A DNA stretch of 64,000 nucleotides, from assembly GCF_009914755.1 (NCBI RefSeq), contig NC_060926.1; one strand, given 5' to 3'. The stretch is from the human T2T-CHM13v2.0 reference genome, Homo sapiens. How positions within the stretch are numbered: position 1 is the first letter of the stretch; each line of letters opens with the position of its first letter. The notes under the pieces were generated by a model. That model searched no databases, had not been told where the DNA came from, and saw only the letters and a list, made by a program, of their open reading frames with translations. Below, piece after piece: positions 1 through 14,845 of the stretch. A program made the position numbers and the translations under genes.

Positions 1-2250
<2,250 letters not shown>

Positions 2251-2261
2251 CTGTCTAGATT

Positions 2262-2324
2262 AGCACTGTCTAATAAAAATATAATGTGAACCACATTTAA
2301 TTTTAAAATTTCTGATAGCCACAT
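2262..2324. mobile_element. MER3/MER33-like hAT-Charlie fragment
   Basis: 'gcactgtctaataaaaatataatgtgaaccacatttaattttaaaatttctgatagccacatt' resembles the MER3/MER33 end. Confidence 0.55.
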
Positions 2325-2790
2325 TGTCTTAGTCCACTTTGTGTTGCTATAACAGAATATCAGACTGGGAAATTTATAAAGAAAAGTCATTTACACTCAT
2401 GCACCCCATAACAATATTTTGGACAATCATGAACCGCATATAGGACAGTGGTCCCATAAGATTATAATCCCATGTTTTTACTGTACCTTTTCTAGGTTTA
2501 GACATGTTTAGATATACAAATCCTTACCATTGTGTTACAGTTGCCTACAATATTCCCTATAGTAACCTGCTGTAGGCCAGGGTCAATAGGTTCCAGGAAG
2601 AACCTATATCATATAGCCTGGGTGTGTGGTAGGCTATACATTTAGTGATGCACCTAGTGATGCATATCTCAGCACATATCCCTGTCATTAAGTGGTGCAG
2701 GACTGTATTTCTCACAGTTCTGGAGGCTGGGAAGTCCAAGGTTGAGGAACCTGCATCTGGCAAGGGCCTTCTTGCTGTGTCATTCCATCA
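2325..2790. mobile_element. MaLR LTR (MST/MLT1A-like), split by Tigger3a
   Basis: 'tgtcttagtccactttgtgttgctataacagaatatcagactggg...tttataaagaaaag' resumes after the insert as 'tttctcacagttctggaggctgggaagtccaag...gcatctggcaagggccttcttgctg'. Confidence 0.75.
2394..2705 (+). mobile_element. Tigger3a (TcMar-Tigger non-autonomous element)
   Basis: Ends 'cactcatgc...' and '...gcaggactg', both flanked by TA (2392-2393, 2706-2707); internal 'ggtcccataagattataat', 'ttactgtaccttttcta', 'cttaccattgtgttaca'. Confidence 0.8.
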
Positions 2791-3306
2791 GCAGTGAGAC
2801 TGACCCATAAATTTCCATTCTTCTCCTTATTTAGTTGAATTTTCAACTAAATTAACCTCATAACATGTCCTAAGGAATGCTTCCCTTTCCAATATTCAAA
2901 TATTTGCATACCGTATGGATTATCTTCAAATATTTTAATATATTTGTATATGTTCATATTTGTATATGTCAACGATATGTTAAGGATTGTTGTCAAATAT
3001 TTGTACATGTTACAAAGTTTGGAAAAACCCAAACTACCAAACCTCAGCCTGGGTTTGTTGGTTTCTTAACGTTTTTTAAAAAATTACTAATTCAGTTTAT
3101 TTAATGGTTAGAGGTAATTCCAGTTTTCTATTTCTTTGTGTCATCTTTCATTCAACCAATCAATCTACCTCTGTCTTCAGGAATGTGTTCATTTTTCTTG
3201 TTTTTAAATTTAGCAGCAGTGTTTATAACTATATCCCCTTTTTCATTCTCTATGTTATTTATTTGTCCCTTCCCTGTTTCTTGGTTAGTCTTCACAGAGT
3301 TTTATT

Positions 3307-3605
<299 letters not shown>

Positions 3606-5588
3606 TTTTCACAGAGTTTTATTAATCCTTGCAAAGGTCTAATTCAGGAGTTGGTTGATTCTCTTTCTCGTTTCTTTGTTTTCTCTCTTACAGGTTTCTT
3701 TTATAATGATGTCATTATATCGTTTCCTTTCTTTCTTAGGTGTGCTTTGACATTATTTTCCCAATTCCTTGAATTGGGCACCTATGTGATTGATTTTTAG
3801 CCTTCCTCCTTTTCTACTCTTCTTGATATAAACATATTTCTAAGTTATGCTTCAGTTACATCCCGCACATTCTGAAACATAGCAATTTTATTAAATTTGA
3901 AGCCTTAGGATCCACGTCTTTGTACAGTTTTGAAAAATTTCCACCAACCATCTCTTCAAATTATGCCTTTCCCCGCTTCTGTCCATTCTCTCTTCCTGGA
4001 ACTTTCTTATTCTGTCTTCCATGTGTCGGCACCTGGTTTTTATATTACCCATGTTTCTGTTATGCATTTTCTAATCCTCTCTCAAGCTGACTTTGATAAT
4101 GCTCTTTGTGGTATCTGGTGACTCTTGTGTGTGTGTCTGCATGTCTGTGCATGCACGCGTGTGCATGGGCACTTTGTAATTTCAGATAATGAGTGGAGAT
4201 TTATTTGAAGGAAACCTGTGCAGCATGAGTTAAGGCTATCCCTCCAAAGTGCTTTTCTGTGTGACTACCAGGTTCTTCAGGAGTAGCACAGATGTGAGAT
4301 CAATTTTGTATTCTTTTGATAGCTTAGGGGTCCTGGACCACATGGGGACTATAAATTTGAACCATCACTCAGCGAGAAGGCAAGCATGTGGCTACAAACA
4401 CTCAGAAGATACTTTTTCAGCTCCTCTGCCCGTTTCCCAGCAGAGGCGTGAGAAGCCAAGCATCTTGGTGTGTCCCTGTGCTGGTGGGCATTGAAGGGTA
4501 TCCAGCCTGTTACTAGAGATGCAGCGATCCCATGGCCTTTGCACGTGGGGGTCTCGGATCCCCCTTCTTGTTTCTCCCAGACTCCAGGCCTCCTGTCCTC
4601 TCACTGCATGGTCGCTAAAAAGAGATCCACTGGGTTACTGAGGCCAACACCCACTCCTGGGCTGCTTAGTGTCAGCTCTCTGTCTGGTCTTTGGGGTCCC
4701 TTTGTTATCTGGCCCTACGTGGCCTCTTTCCTTGCCAGCTGAAATGTGCATCTAAACAGATGTTCATTCTGTTTATTGAGCTGGAGGGCCTTTAGTTTCC
4801 CTTGTTGATCGTATGGCTGAAACTCGAAGTCGCTACGCTGTTGTTTTTCCTATGCAAAATTAAAGGTAGAAAATGAAGTTGATGGAGAAAGAAACACACA
4901 TTTTGAGAAAGAACTGTGTAATTATTATCCACTCCCTGCAAAAGACCCATGAAGTGGTCGGTTTTCAGAGGAGGAAATCCTTGGCGTCTGCCTTATTCCA
5001 AAATCCACTGGCTAAGTCACTCACCACCTAAGCCCTCTTGGACGAGGACCAAGGCTTCTACGCTCCATACTAAGGCACAATGTGAGGGATTCTACAGAGG
5101 GCCTAGTGAAGAGAGAGGAGAGGGCCCATTTCATCTCACTTTGCCTGGGGCCATCCTGCACGCTGCTCTGCTGTGTGATCTCTGCAGGACACTTGACCAT
5201 TTTGTGAACACATCCTTATCAGTGAACTGCTATTTTTGTAATGGCAGTTCCCCCCAGACACTGAATCCACAAGCTTAAGGTAAGCTTAAGTCAAGAGTGA
5301 TGACTTCTTGACTATTCTAGTTTTTCTGTCTTCATTCATTTCAACAGTATTTACCGAGGGTCTTCTGTGTGCCCAGCACTGTCCTGGGCACTGTTTAAAA
5401 CATTGCTTCATTGCCTCTGGTATGCCAGGTGCTGGCAGGACAGAGGAGAACTGGACTTGCCTTCTAGCCTGCTCAGAGTATGGTGGGGGAGAGGCCTGTC
5501 CCTAGATTCCAGTGCAGAGCAGAATGCGTGGGCCAGTTGGGGTCTCTGGTTCCCCAGTTGGGAGGAGGACCATTGCAAGCCAGTCTGG

Positions 5589-5591
<3 letters not shown>

Positions 5592-5634
<43 letters not shown>
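5592..5634. repeat. (GT)n microsatellite
   Basis: About 21 uninterrupted GT units. Confidence 0.97.
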
Positions 5635-5635
<1 letters not shown>

Positions 5636-5739
5636 TGCTGGGCTCTGGGAAAGATAAATGAAGGCCCTTCTCCTTCACTCCAGTTCACTTTTGGATGAAC
5701 TGTTGGAGGTATTTGGCTTTTGGTAAGTTTTTTTTAAAA

Positions 5740-6350
5740 TTTTATTATTTTAGCTACAGTAATTTACATGATTCAAACTCAATAGTTACCTATTTGTCAA
5801 CTCAAAAAAAAAAAAAAAAAAAACAGACTTCTTTGCTTAAAGTTGATGAGATTGAAACCAAAAAAAATTCAGGAGTTACTAAAGGTTATATGGTGAAAAA
5901 TCTCCCTCTCAGCCAGCCCCCTGGTTCCCCTCCCTGGAGACGACCAATGTTCCCTGCCTCTCACATATCCTTTGCAAGAGATTCTAGATGTATACACATA
6001 AATAAAACATTATTTGTTTATATTTATATATGTGTGCTTACCTATAAATTTACACACATACATACATATATATGTTTTTTAATGCAATTGTCAGCATCTT
6101 GTTTTTTTTGCATGACAATGTATCTTGGAAATTGGTCCATATCAGACCTGGAGCGCTTCTTCATTTGTTTTTATGGCTGTTTGGTATTCCATTATGTGGA
6201 CAGACTGTAATTTATTTAACGAGTCTCCCTCTGATGGATATTTAGATTTCCAATCTTCCGCTATTTTCAAACAATGCCATGAGAAATCATCTTGCCAAGG
6301 TGCGTCCCACATTTGAGAGCATGTTTGTGGGATGCAGGATGTAGCTTACA
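5740..6350 (-). mobile_element. Old L1ME-like 3' fragment
   Basis: 'tatatggtgaaaaatctccct', 'tggtattccattatgtggacagactgtaatttatttaac', 'gatggatatttagatttccaatc'. Confidence 0.55.
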
Positions 6351-7410
6351 GGGAGCTCCTGGCATGCCGATGTGAGAACCGACCCTCCATAGCAAGGCTG
6401 CCCCACATGGCGTGGGCTGGCCTGGCCTCTGAGCTTCCTAAGGGCTAAACCTATAGTTACAAGAATTTTCCTAAGCCCCTCAGCCACAGATATATAATGT
6501 GTAGTTTCTGAATGAGTGAATGAAAATACTTACACTTCAGAGAAATTGTCCTTAGCAGAAGGCATAGGACATAGTTTTATTTGTTAGACTTACAGACCAT
6601 CTGCCTGTGAATTCAAATAATAGTTTTCTTGTTGTTTTTGAAATGAATACATTCCATGAGAGCTGCTTACTCAGACCTTCAGTGGCCCAGCTGGAAGTCT
6701 GGTTGGGGAATCATTCCCTGGGTTGTACAAGTTGGTGCACCAGATTAAAGATAAAGTCATTTATGATGACACTAAAATAATATGAGCATCACATTTGGTA
6801 GAGACTTTGTTTTTGACGTAACCCAAGATAAGACCTTATCTGCTGTGTGTACGGGAAGGTGCCCTTCAATAAAGGCCTCATTTTCCTTTTAATATTCCAG
6901 AATGCAGTGGGAGTGAATGAATGCTGGCAGCCAGCCTTTACGGAGCTACCTCCCCACCAAGATGCTCCCATTTAGTCCTCCCAACCCTGTTGTTACTGCC
7001 ACTTTGCAGACACCTTTGGCTCAGGCGGTGAAGTCACTTTCCCAAGATCCCATAGGCAGGATCCATACCAGGCTTCCAGCCCCGAGGTAGTGCTGTTCAG
7101 AGCTGAGCCCATCACTGTGGCTACCCAGGCACACTTAGAACTTAGACGTCAGGACAAGATCTGTCTATACTTACAGCTGTACCCAGTCTGTGTTTTGGAG
7201 TTCACAAAAATAACCTCAAATGAGATTACAAGGGTAACTGAGGTGCCGTTTAAGGACATTATGTCCCCTGTTTCTTCCATGAAAATATTTTGAAAAGGAA
7301 AGCAAATACCCCGCTTTGGTTAAGGTCTGTGTAGTGGATTGCAGGGCAGCTGGGACTCTGCAGGTTCCACGGGCGTCAGAGGGGCTCTGGATCAGGGAGG
7401 AGTGTGGTTT

Positions 7411-7712
7411 ATTTTTGTTGTTGTTGTTTTGAGACAGAGTCTCCCTCTGTCTCCCAGGCTGGAGTGCAATGGCACGATCTCGACTCACTGCAGCCTCTGC
7501 CTCCCGGGTTGAAGTGATTATCCTGTCTCAGTCTCCCAAGTAGCTGGGATTACAGGTACATGCCACCACGCTTGGCTAATTTTTGTATTTTTAGTAGAGA
7601 CAGGGTTTCACCATGTTGGCTAGGCTGGTCTCGAACTCCTGACCTCAAGTGATCCGCCCACCTCAGCCTCCCAAAGTGCTGGGATTACAGGCGTGAGACA
7701 CCGTGCCTGTCC
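7411..7712 (-). mobile_element. AluS (Sx/Sz-like)
   Basis: Full antisense Alu; exact TSD aggagtgtggttt at 7398-7410 and 7713-7725. Confidence 0.95.
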
Positions 7713-7881
7713 AGGAGTGTGGTTTTGCTGGAGCCTGCAGTGTGGTCCCCGGCAGGACCCATCTCTCACTGGGCCTGTTTCCCACCTTTTACATCAGGGC
7801 AAGGGTCCTATCTGATGTCACCAAAGAACCCTGAGTAGCTCCTAGCAGAGGGTGCTTGACATTTTCCCTAGTTCGAAATTA

Positions 7882-8087
7882 GCAGTCAGCACACGTGTCT
7901 GTTAAGGGCCAGAGAGTAAAGATTTCAGTCTTTCCAGGCCATACGTATGGTCTCTGTCACAACTACTCTCCTCTGCCACTGGAGCTCAAAAGCAGCATAG
8001 ATGGTATGTGCATGATCGAGCAGGGCTGTGTCCCAGTGAAATGAGCAGTGGACAGATTTGGCCTCAGGCTGTAGTTTGCTAATCCTT
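7882..8087. mobile_element. MER58A-like hAT-Charlie element
   Basis: 'ctgttaagggccagagagtaaagatttcag...ggccata...ggtctctgtcacaactactc...ctctgccact...aaagcagc...gatttggcc...gctgtagtttgct'. Confidence 0.75.
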
Positions 8088-8612
8088 ACTTTGATTGCCT
8101 AATGGCATTAGATGGAATCTGCATAAAATTAGTACATCCAGCCCTACTTGGGTACAAGCTCCATTTCTTGTGTCTTTATAGTGGGTGCAGGTGGGGCTTG
8201 GAGGGTCTCCGTCCCTTCCTGTCACTTTGCTGGCTGGGAAATCAGAAGACCAACTGCTAACTGACTAGCCTGGAGCAGCCTTTGTTGCTCTGAACCTCAC
8301 TTTCCCCATCTGTAAAATGGGAAGGTTGGACTATGGTTTCTCAAAGATTCTTTCCAGCTCCAAAATGTTCTGAATTCTAGTTAGAAAGGAAATTAACGTT
8401 TTCTTCCCTGGAGGTTGTGGTTTCAGTTTGTGTCTTTGGTCACCAAGACAAAGTGGATAGGGTAATTTGGTGTTGTGATCTGCACCCCAAAGGGCACTTA
8501 CTTTCTGGGGCACCCCATCCTAGCAGAGACCCCTCAGTCTCAGGAGCCAGTTGGGTAGGGATAATCCTTATTGCTTTCTTGGCCCACATAGTGTCCTGAA
8601 AATAAGGCTTCA

Positions 8613-9038
<426 letters not shown>

Positions 9039-9599
9039 AAGGAGAAAGAGATGCTTTGGAAATGCAAACAGCGCTAGGGCTTCATTAAGACGATGACATG
9101 TCTTGTGGTTGTTCCAAGGGAAGACATGCTATACAGGGAGGAAACATCCCCACTTGGCTTCAAGGAACTAGATCAGTCCTGGTTCAGCCAAGGCCCAGGC
9201 ACGCCCACGTGGGCCTGGACTTTCTGCCGTGCTCACATGCTGCAGCTGCCAGTTGGCTGGGGCTGGCTGCCTCCAGTCTCCTTCTCAGACACTCCGCCCA
9301 GTTTTGGGTGGCCTGGGGACTGGAGAGGTGCTCCCTGGGAGACCTGGAAAGCAAACGGCACAGCAGTCGGGAGCCCCGGTCAGCTTCTTGTGCTGACTTG
9401 GCTCATTCTACCACTAATGAACTCGGGACACTGCCTGGACTCTTTCCTGATTGGAATCATGGGATGGGGTGGTACCCGCATGGATACCTCTGTTTCTGTG
9501 GCAAATCATCCACTTAGTAAATATTCATTACTTATTAGGTTCCAGGTATTGTGCCTGGAATACGTGGTAGTATTATGTAGATATTGTTGCTGAGGTTTT

Positions 9600-9750
9600 C
9601 CTAATTGCCAGGCATCAGACTAAATATTACACAGGTTAGCCCATTTGATCCTCACAACAACCCTTTCCAATTTACAGATGGGAAAACTGAGGCTAAGTGG
9701 AATTATCTAAGTCAGTCAGCTGGTTAGAGGCAGAGCCAGGATCTGGGTCT
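9600..9750. mobile_element. MIR SINE. Representative copy; similar cores near 6970, 8300, 19440, 21960, 24900, 34210, 36390, 44790, 47520, 55270, 59930, 62460-62780, 63620
   Basis: MIR core 'catttgatcctcacaacaaccct...tttacagatgggaaaactgaggct...ggcagagccaggatct'. Confidence 0.75.
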
Positions 9751-10944
9751 GTAACTGGACATCACTGGGGGCTCTGCCTTTCCCCAGGTCAGCTGGGAGA
9801 TGTCACTAGGGGGGTCCGAAGCACGACTAGACCTACTCGTGTGTTGTCATTTGTGGAGTGGGCCTGGTTTAGATCTCCCCCGTCAGTCATTCTGGTTTCT
9901 TGCCGTGGAGTGGCCTCCCTTCCACCTTCTTCAAAGCCACCCAATTGGGGTCATTTTCCTAGCTTGCTGGATGGAGCTAATTACAGCATGCTCCTGGTCC
10001 CTGGCCCTTCCATGTGCATCTGTCTGGTGAGAGATAGGTGGAGTTCTGGGCTCTCTGTTTCTGGCTGCTCAGCAAAAATCACTCAGAAGAGGTTTTGTGA
10101 AAGCCTTTGTGGGCCTCAGCCATAACTGGCTGGGCCTGGGAGGTGCCCAGGTATCTGCATCGTTAGAGCAAGCTCTCTAAGGGGGCTCTTCACAGCTGCT
10201 GGGTCTCCGGGCAGTTGGTAATTTGGTGTGGGCTGAGTGCACAGGTGGTGGTACTGTACCTGTTCTGCAGGGGTCCTGAGGGGCTGGCACCTCTCCGGGC
10301 TGTTTTCCAACAGCCCCTGGTCGTGCCGAAGCACCTGTCCTGCCTTTCTGTTCCAGGCCACTCAGGTGTACCAGGTCAAGAGGCAGCCGTGTTTGGTTCC
10401 CCTCAATGAGTCTGGCTCTGGCAAAACCATGGCTCAGGCATGGAGCTGGGCAGTCCCAAGCTTGGTCCTCAGCCCTTTCCCTTCAAAGCCAGTTGGGTGA
10501 GTTCCTTGACCTCCCTGAGATTCTCTTTTTTCACCTATAAAACCCATGTTTCTAGCTGCATCTCAGAGTTGCTGTGCAGATGGAAGCGTCCTTGTGTTCA
10601 GAGGAGTGACAGTGACCGTGTCTTCAGCCCAGGCCTTGCACAGCGCGGGCACCGCAGCTGTTTGTTTGCAGCTCCTGGGAGCAAGCATGGGTTTTAGCTG
10701 TGTCTTTCCAGCTCCTAATAAAGTCTTGGCCTGTGGCAAGAGCTCAGCTACTCTGGTTTAGTCTCCAGGTTTGGGGGTTGTGATGGTTAGACCGTCATGG
10801 CTTTCCTTGCTTCTCGGGGGCTCTGCGTCTGAAACAAGAGGTGCGAGGAGGGCAACCAATCATCCGGGTTTGCCTGGGACTTAGGGAATTCCTGGAATAG
10901 TCCTAGGAAAACCTGAGGCTCTGGCAAGGAAGAACAGTGCTGAC

Positions 10945-11160
10945 TGCTCCATCAGGCTCAGCAGGCACTGTGCTGAGGGCTCGTCATCCTGGGATGGGCC
11001 CAAAACGTTTTAATTTTTTAATAATCGGAAGAAAATAAATGAATATAATCCAGCCCAGAAGCCTGGATTATATTCGTCTTTAAACCAACACATTAGTAAA
11101 ATATAATTTTTAATGTGTCTTATGGAGGAGGAGGTCCACACAGGTAAAAGCGTTTCGAGG
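10945..11160. mobile_element. hAT-like non-autonomous DNA transposon (family uncertain) with internal palindrome
   Basis: AT-rich core with 13-bp inverted repeat GAATATAATCCAG (11041-11053) / CTGGATTATATTC (11063-11075); 'gtaaaatataatttttaat...tatggaggaggagg'. Confidence 0.5.
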
Positions 11161-11499
11161 TATGAGAGGGACCATGCAGTTCTGGGAGAGACCACTGCAC
11201 CCAGGGACCCCCTGCCTTCCACGTCTCTTGAAGATCAGGAGGAAGAGAAGACAGCCAAAGAGAACTCCTGCGAGGCTCCTCCTGAGTTTCCAGCGATGGA
11301 AGGAAGCGGAGCAATGGCTGTTTCTGGGCCTGCCACCGCCTAGAACTTGGATTGGGGGGTTGGTGAACTTGGATTGGGGGATGGATTGGGGGATTGGATT
11401 GGAGCAGGCTGAATGTCAGCCCTGGAAACTGCCACTGGCCTCCCAGAGTGAGCTGGGAGATCCTGGTGTTCAGATGTTCCTGCCTTGGCTGCGTGGGGG

Positions 11500-12440
11500 G
11501 CAGGGGCGGGGGGGCGGTGGTTCCTATTTGGAGCCAGGGAGTTGATTTAATACAGCTGAGGCCAAGACCCAGCGTGGAGCCTACGACTGCAGCTGGATCC
11601 CTGCCAGCCCTCTTTCCCAGCCGCATGTGGCTCCAAATCCCAGAAAGGGAGAAACCCGCTGTGGGGAGGGGGTGCAGCAGATGTCACTGTCCCCACATGG
11701 TACTTCTTGTTTATCTTTTATTAAAGGCAGGCGCTTAGGCAGGGGCAGTGCTCAGAGCAGCCCTTGTGAGCGGGCCATGGTGGCGGCCTCCCTCAGAAGC
11801 TGTGGGAAGAGGGAGAAGGCATGAATAATGCAGGCTGCATCTTGACGGAGCTTGTCCGGCCCCCGCAGACCGCGCAGCGCGCACCTGAGCAAGCACTTTG
11901 AATGCCTCTGGCTTCTGAACTTGAGAAGGAAGCTCCCGGGATGGGCCTGACTCCGCCGCCTGGTTGCAATAGTCCTGGAAGGGGCGGCGGAGCAAGCAGA
12001 AGCCTCCTGCCCTGGCCCGTGGGTTTGCACCAGCTAGAACGTGGGGCTCCTCCATTAAGAGCTCCTTGGCGTTGGGAGCTACGCAGCCTCACCCCTCATC
12101 TTATCACACCAGGAGACCGGCGAGCAGAGTGGGGATGGCCACACAGGGAGTTCGCAGCAGGGTGGTGCTCTGCCTACCGACTCGCCCCTGGGGTTGTCCC
12201 TGTCGCCTCAGCCTTTCTCTTTATTTTGGGTGGAGGCAGGGTACTCAGGACAGGGATGAAAACTTAGGTCTGTTTTTCATTGTTCATCCTATTCTTGGCA
12301 ACTTTTGCAGAAGGCGCTGGCAGGAAGGAGACCCTGGGGAGGGAAGAGTTGGAGGAGAAAGAAGTCTCCTTGGCACCTTTGCCTTTCCTGCTAAAAATGG
12401 TGGCAGTTCTGCATTTCTACTAAAAATAGCTAGTCCTCTG
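11500..12440. promoter_or_regulatory. CpG-enriched candidate enhancer/promoter
   Basis: Locally retained CpGs (11780-12210), GC boxes (ggggcggggg at ~11503), CAGCTG/CAGATG E-boxes, perfect MEF2 site CTAAAAATAG at 12420-12429. Confidence 0.5.
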
Positions 12441-12690
12441 TCAAGAAGGCCACCCACACTGGGGTGTGGGGACTGGGGACAGCAAGATGTGGGCCCTGGG
12501 CCACACATTCTGTGGAGAGGCCTAGAAGCTCACAGATAGTCACTTTTCTTAGGAAGAAGGAAGGAGTGGCAGGAAGGGGCTGGGATGCCATCTCTGGAGA
12601 GCGGAGCGGCACTCCTGCCCCTGTGTGACAAGGACAGGTCTGCACACTCTGTCATGTATTACTCTAAGTGGCTTTAATATTAAATGGATG

Positions 12691-13099
12691 ATGAAGGCAA
12701 GGATAAACAAACTGTAGCTTACCATATAATGGAATAGTATTCAACCATCAAAAGGAAGGAGATTCTGACACATGCTGCAACATGGATGAACCCCAAGGAT
12801 ATGCGCTAAGTGAAACAAGCCAGACACTAGAGGACACGTCCTCATGATTCTACTTATATGAGGCCCCTAGGGTAGTCAAATTCAGAGAGACAGAAAGTAG
12901 AATCGCAGCTGTCAGCGGCTGGGGAAGAGGGGAATGAGGAGTTAATGTTTAATGTGCACAGAGTTTCAGTTTGGGAAGATGGAAAAGTTTTGAAGATTCA
13001 CAACAATGTGAATGTATTTGATGCCACTGAACTGTACACTTAAAAATGGTTAAAATGGTAAGTCTTATGTTATATATATTTTACCATCATTTTAAAAAA
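12691..13099 (+). mobile_element. 5'-truncated L1MB-type 3' end
   Basis: 'aaaaggaaggagattctgacacatgctgcaacatggatgaacc', 'gtagtcaaattcagagagacagaaagtagaat', 'gccactgaactgtacacttaaaaatggttaaaatggta', A-tail; TSD attaaatgg(a/g)tg at 12679-12690 and 13100-13111. Confidence 0.85.
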
Positions 13100-13187
13100 A
13101 TTAAATGGGTGTCGTTGATTCCTCTCTTCCTCTCAACCTCCCATATAGAATGACTAGAATCCAGGTGTTTATCTTTTATGCCAATAG

Positions 13188-13225
13188 TGATGATGATGAT
13201 GATGATCATGATGATGATGATGATG
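13188..13225. repeat. (GAT)n trinucleotide repeat, one interruption
   Basis: tgatgatgat...catgatgatg. Confidence 0.95.
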
Positions 13226-13539
13226 GCGGCAATTGTGTTCTTTTGTAGAGAAAGTAAGGTAACTCTCTGGGGTAACCAGGGCAGACCCTGTGAGTATTGG
13301 ATCCTAGTGCCAAGCTTGGAGCACTCTGGCATTTGGGGGTCTCCCTATGGAATTGCTAAAGCTACCATTGGACAAGCCCCACTCATCTATGCAGAACTTC
13401 TAACCAAGTTTCCAGTCCCTCTTCTTTAAATGTGAGTGGACACCCAGGGTTTAAGTGACATCTGAAGAAAGGCTGCTATGTGAAAGAGCAACGTCCACAT
13501 GGACGACTGGGAAAGCATGGTTCCCAAAGCAGCGGAATT

Positions 13540-14290
13540 CAGGAGGAGATGAAAATGTAAACAGAAAATTGACCTCCCACCCATTGGTATCCTCAGAAAG
13601 GCCCAAGAAAGCATTGCATCCATAAAACAAGAACAGGATGCTATGAAATAAGAATATTTGGAGAACAAAAAAGAGCTTTAGATTAAAAATATGATAGTTG
13701 AAATAAAAAGTTCATTAAAGGGATACATGACATTTCATGAAAAGAAGAAGAAAGCAAAGACTGGAACATCTGAAAGGAAAGCTGAGAAAGATGCAATACA
13801 AAGGCAGGTGATGGAGTATTTGACTAATGGAAGTTTCAGAAACTGAAACAGAAAACAGACGGGAGAAGGTTATACAAGAACAATACAAGAAAATTGCCTG
13901 GATCAGGACAAAAATCTTCACATTAAAACATCCCTCAGTGTGCCCAGCACTTTAAAAGAAAAAAAATAATTTAGACATGTGATTGTAAAATTTCAAATAA
14001 CCAAGAATAAAGTAACGCTTCTGAAAACTTCTAGAGAAGGGGAGAACAGAACAGAACAGAACAAAACAAAACTAAACAGCCTAGGTCATCTACAAACGAA
14101 GGAGGACTAAACTACTACCCTTCCGATCAACAGCAGTGAGTGTGTCAAGTCAGTGAATTTGCCCTGGGAAATTAGCAATGAAACTATCAGACAAGCTCTC
14201 AGGCAGATGGGAGGGGACAATAAGGCTATCTTCAGTCATATAGGAGGGACTCAAAGCATTTACCTTCTGTATATCTTTGGCCTTTACTTA
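13540..14290 (+). mobile_element. Very old L1M 5'/ORF1-like remnant
   Basis: A-rich sense L1 phrases 'cataaaacaagaacaggatgctatg', 'aaagagctttagattaaaaatatgatagttgaaataaaaa', 'gattgtaaaatttcaaa'. Confidence 0.55.
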
Positions 14291-14810
14291 AGGATTCTCT
14301 CTTACAGCGTAAGGGAGTAAGTGAATGCAGGGAAGACCTGAGGTCCCAGGAGGGAGACCCCCAAGAAGGGAATGATAGCAAGGCCGGGGCTGTGCAGCTG
14401 CCCCCTCTCTACAGTCAGAGCAGAGGCTTGAGGGATTCCAGGGGAGGGACTCCAGAAGAGGGCTGCAGCCCTGGTGCCTTTGGAGGATCGGGAGCTGCTG
14501 TCATCACTGTGCGAGAGGCAGGGGTTGGCCTTATACACCATTCTGTGTGTGGTGGGGGAGGTCCAAGTGAATTGAGTTGTCCTCTGTATAAATAACCAAT
14601 AAATCAGAAACATTAAGCTCATAGGATTAAAGAATCAAAACGTGGTATTTTAATACCTTCCTTATATAGATCAGATAGCTGCCAGAGGAATTAAGAGCAG
14701 GAACATTTTTTCAAAGTTAAAAGTGGTTGCCTCCAGGGCACAGGGAGGGGACTATTGCCTTTCATTATAAGCCCTTTGGTGCTATTTGTTCTTTAAAAAA
14801 TCATACGCAG

Positions 14811-14845
14811 ATCTTTTCTCAGCCTTTTGGCTAAGATCAAGTGTA
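14811..14845 (+). pseudogene. 3'-truncated U2 snRNA retrocopy (U2 nt ~1-35)
   Basis: ATCTTTTCTCAGCCTTTTGGCTAAGATCAAGTGTA versus U2 5' end ATCGCTTCTCGGCCTTTTGGCTAAGATCAAGTGTA; flanked by 15-bp TSD aaaaatcata(c/t)gcag (14796-14810, 14845-14859) at a TTT/AAAA L1-endonuclease site. Confidence 0.92.

Noticed and set aside
11113-11343. Acidic, protein-like 76-aa ORF
   Set aside because: Starts inside a DNA-transposon remnant, has no supporting splice sites, and I recognise no homologue.
11524-11532. CArG-like CCTATTTGG
   Set aside because: Only five A/T between CC and GG; SRF consensus needs six.
13178-13429. Poly-Met ORF
   Set aside because: Caused by the (GAT)n repeat.
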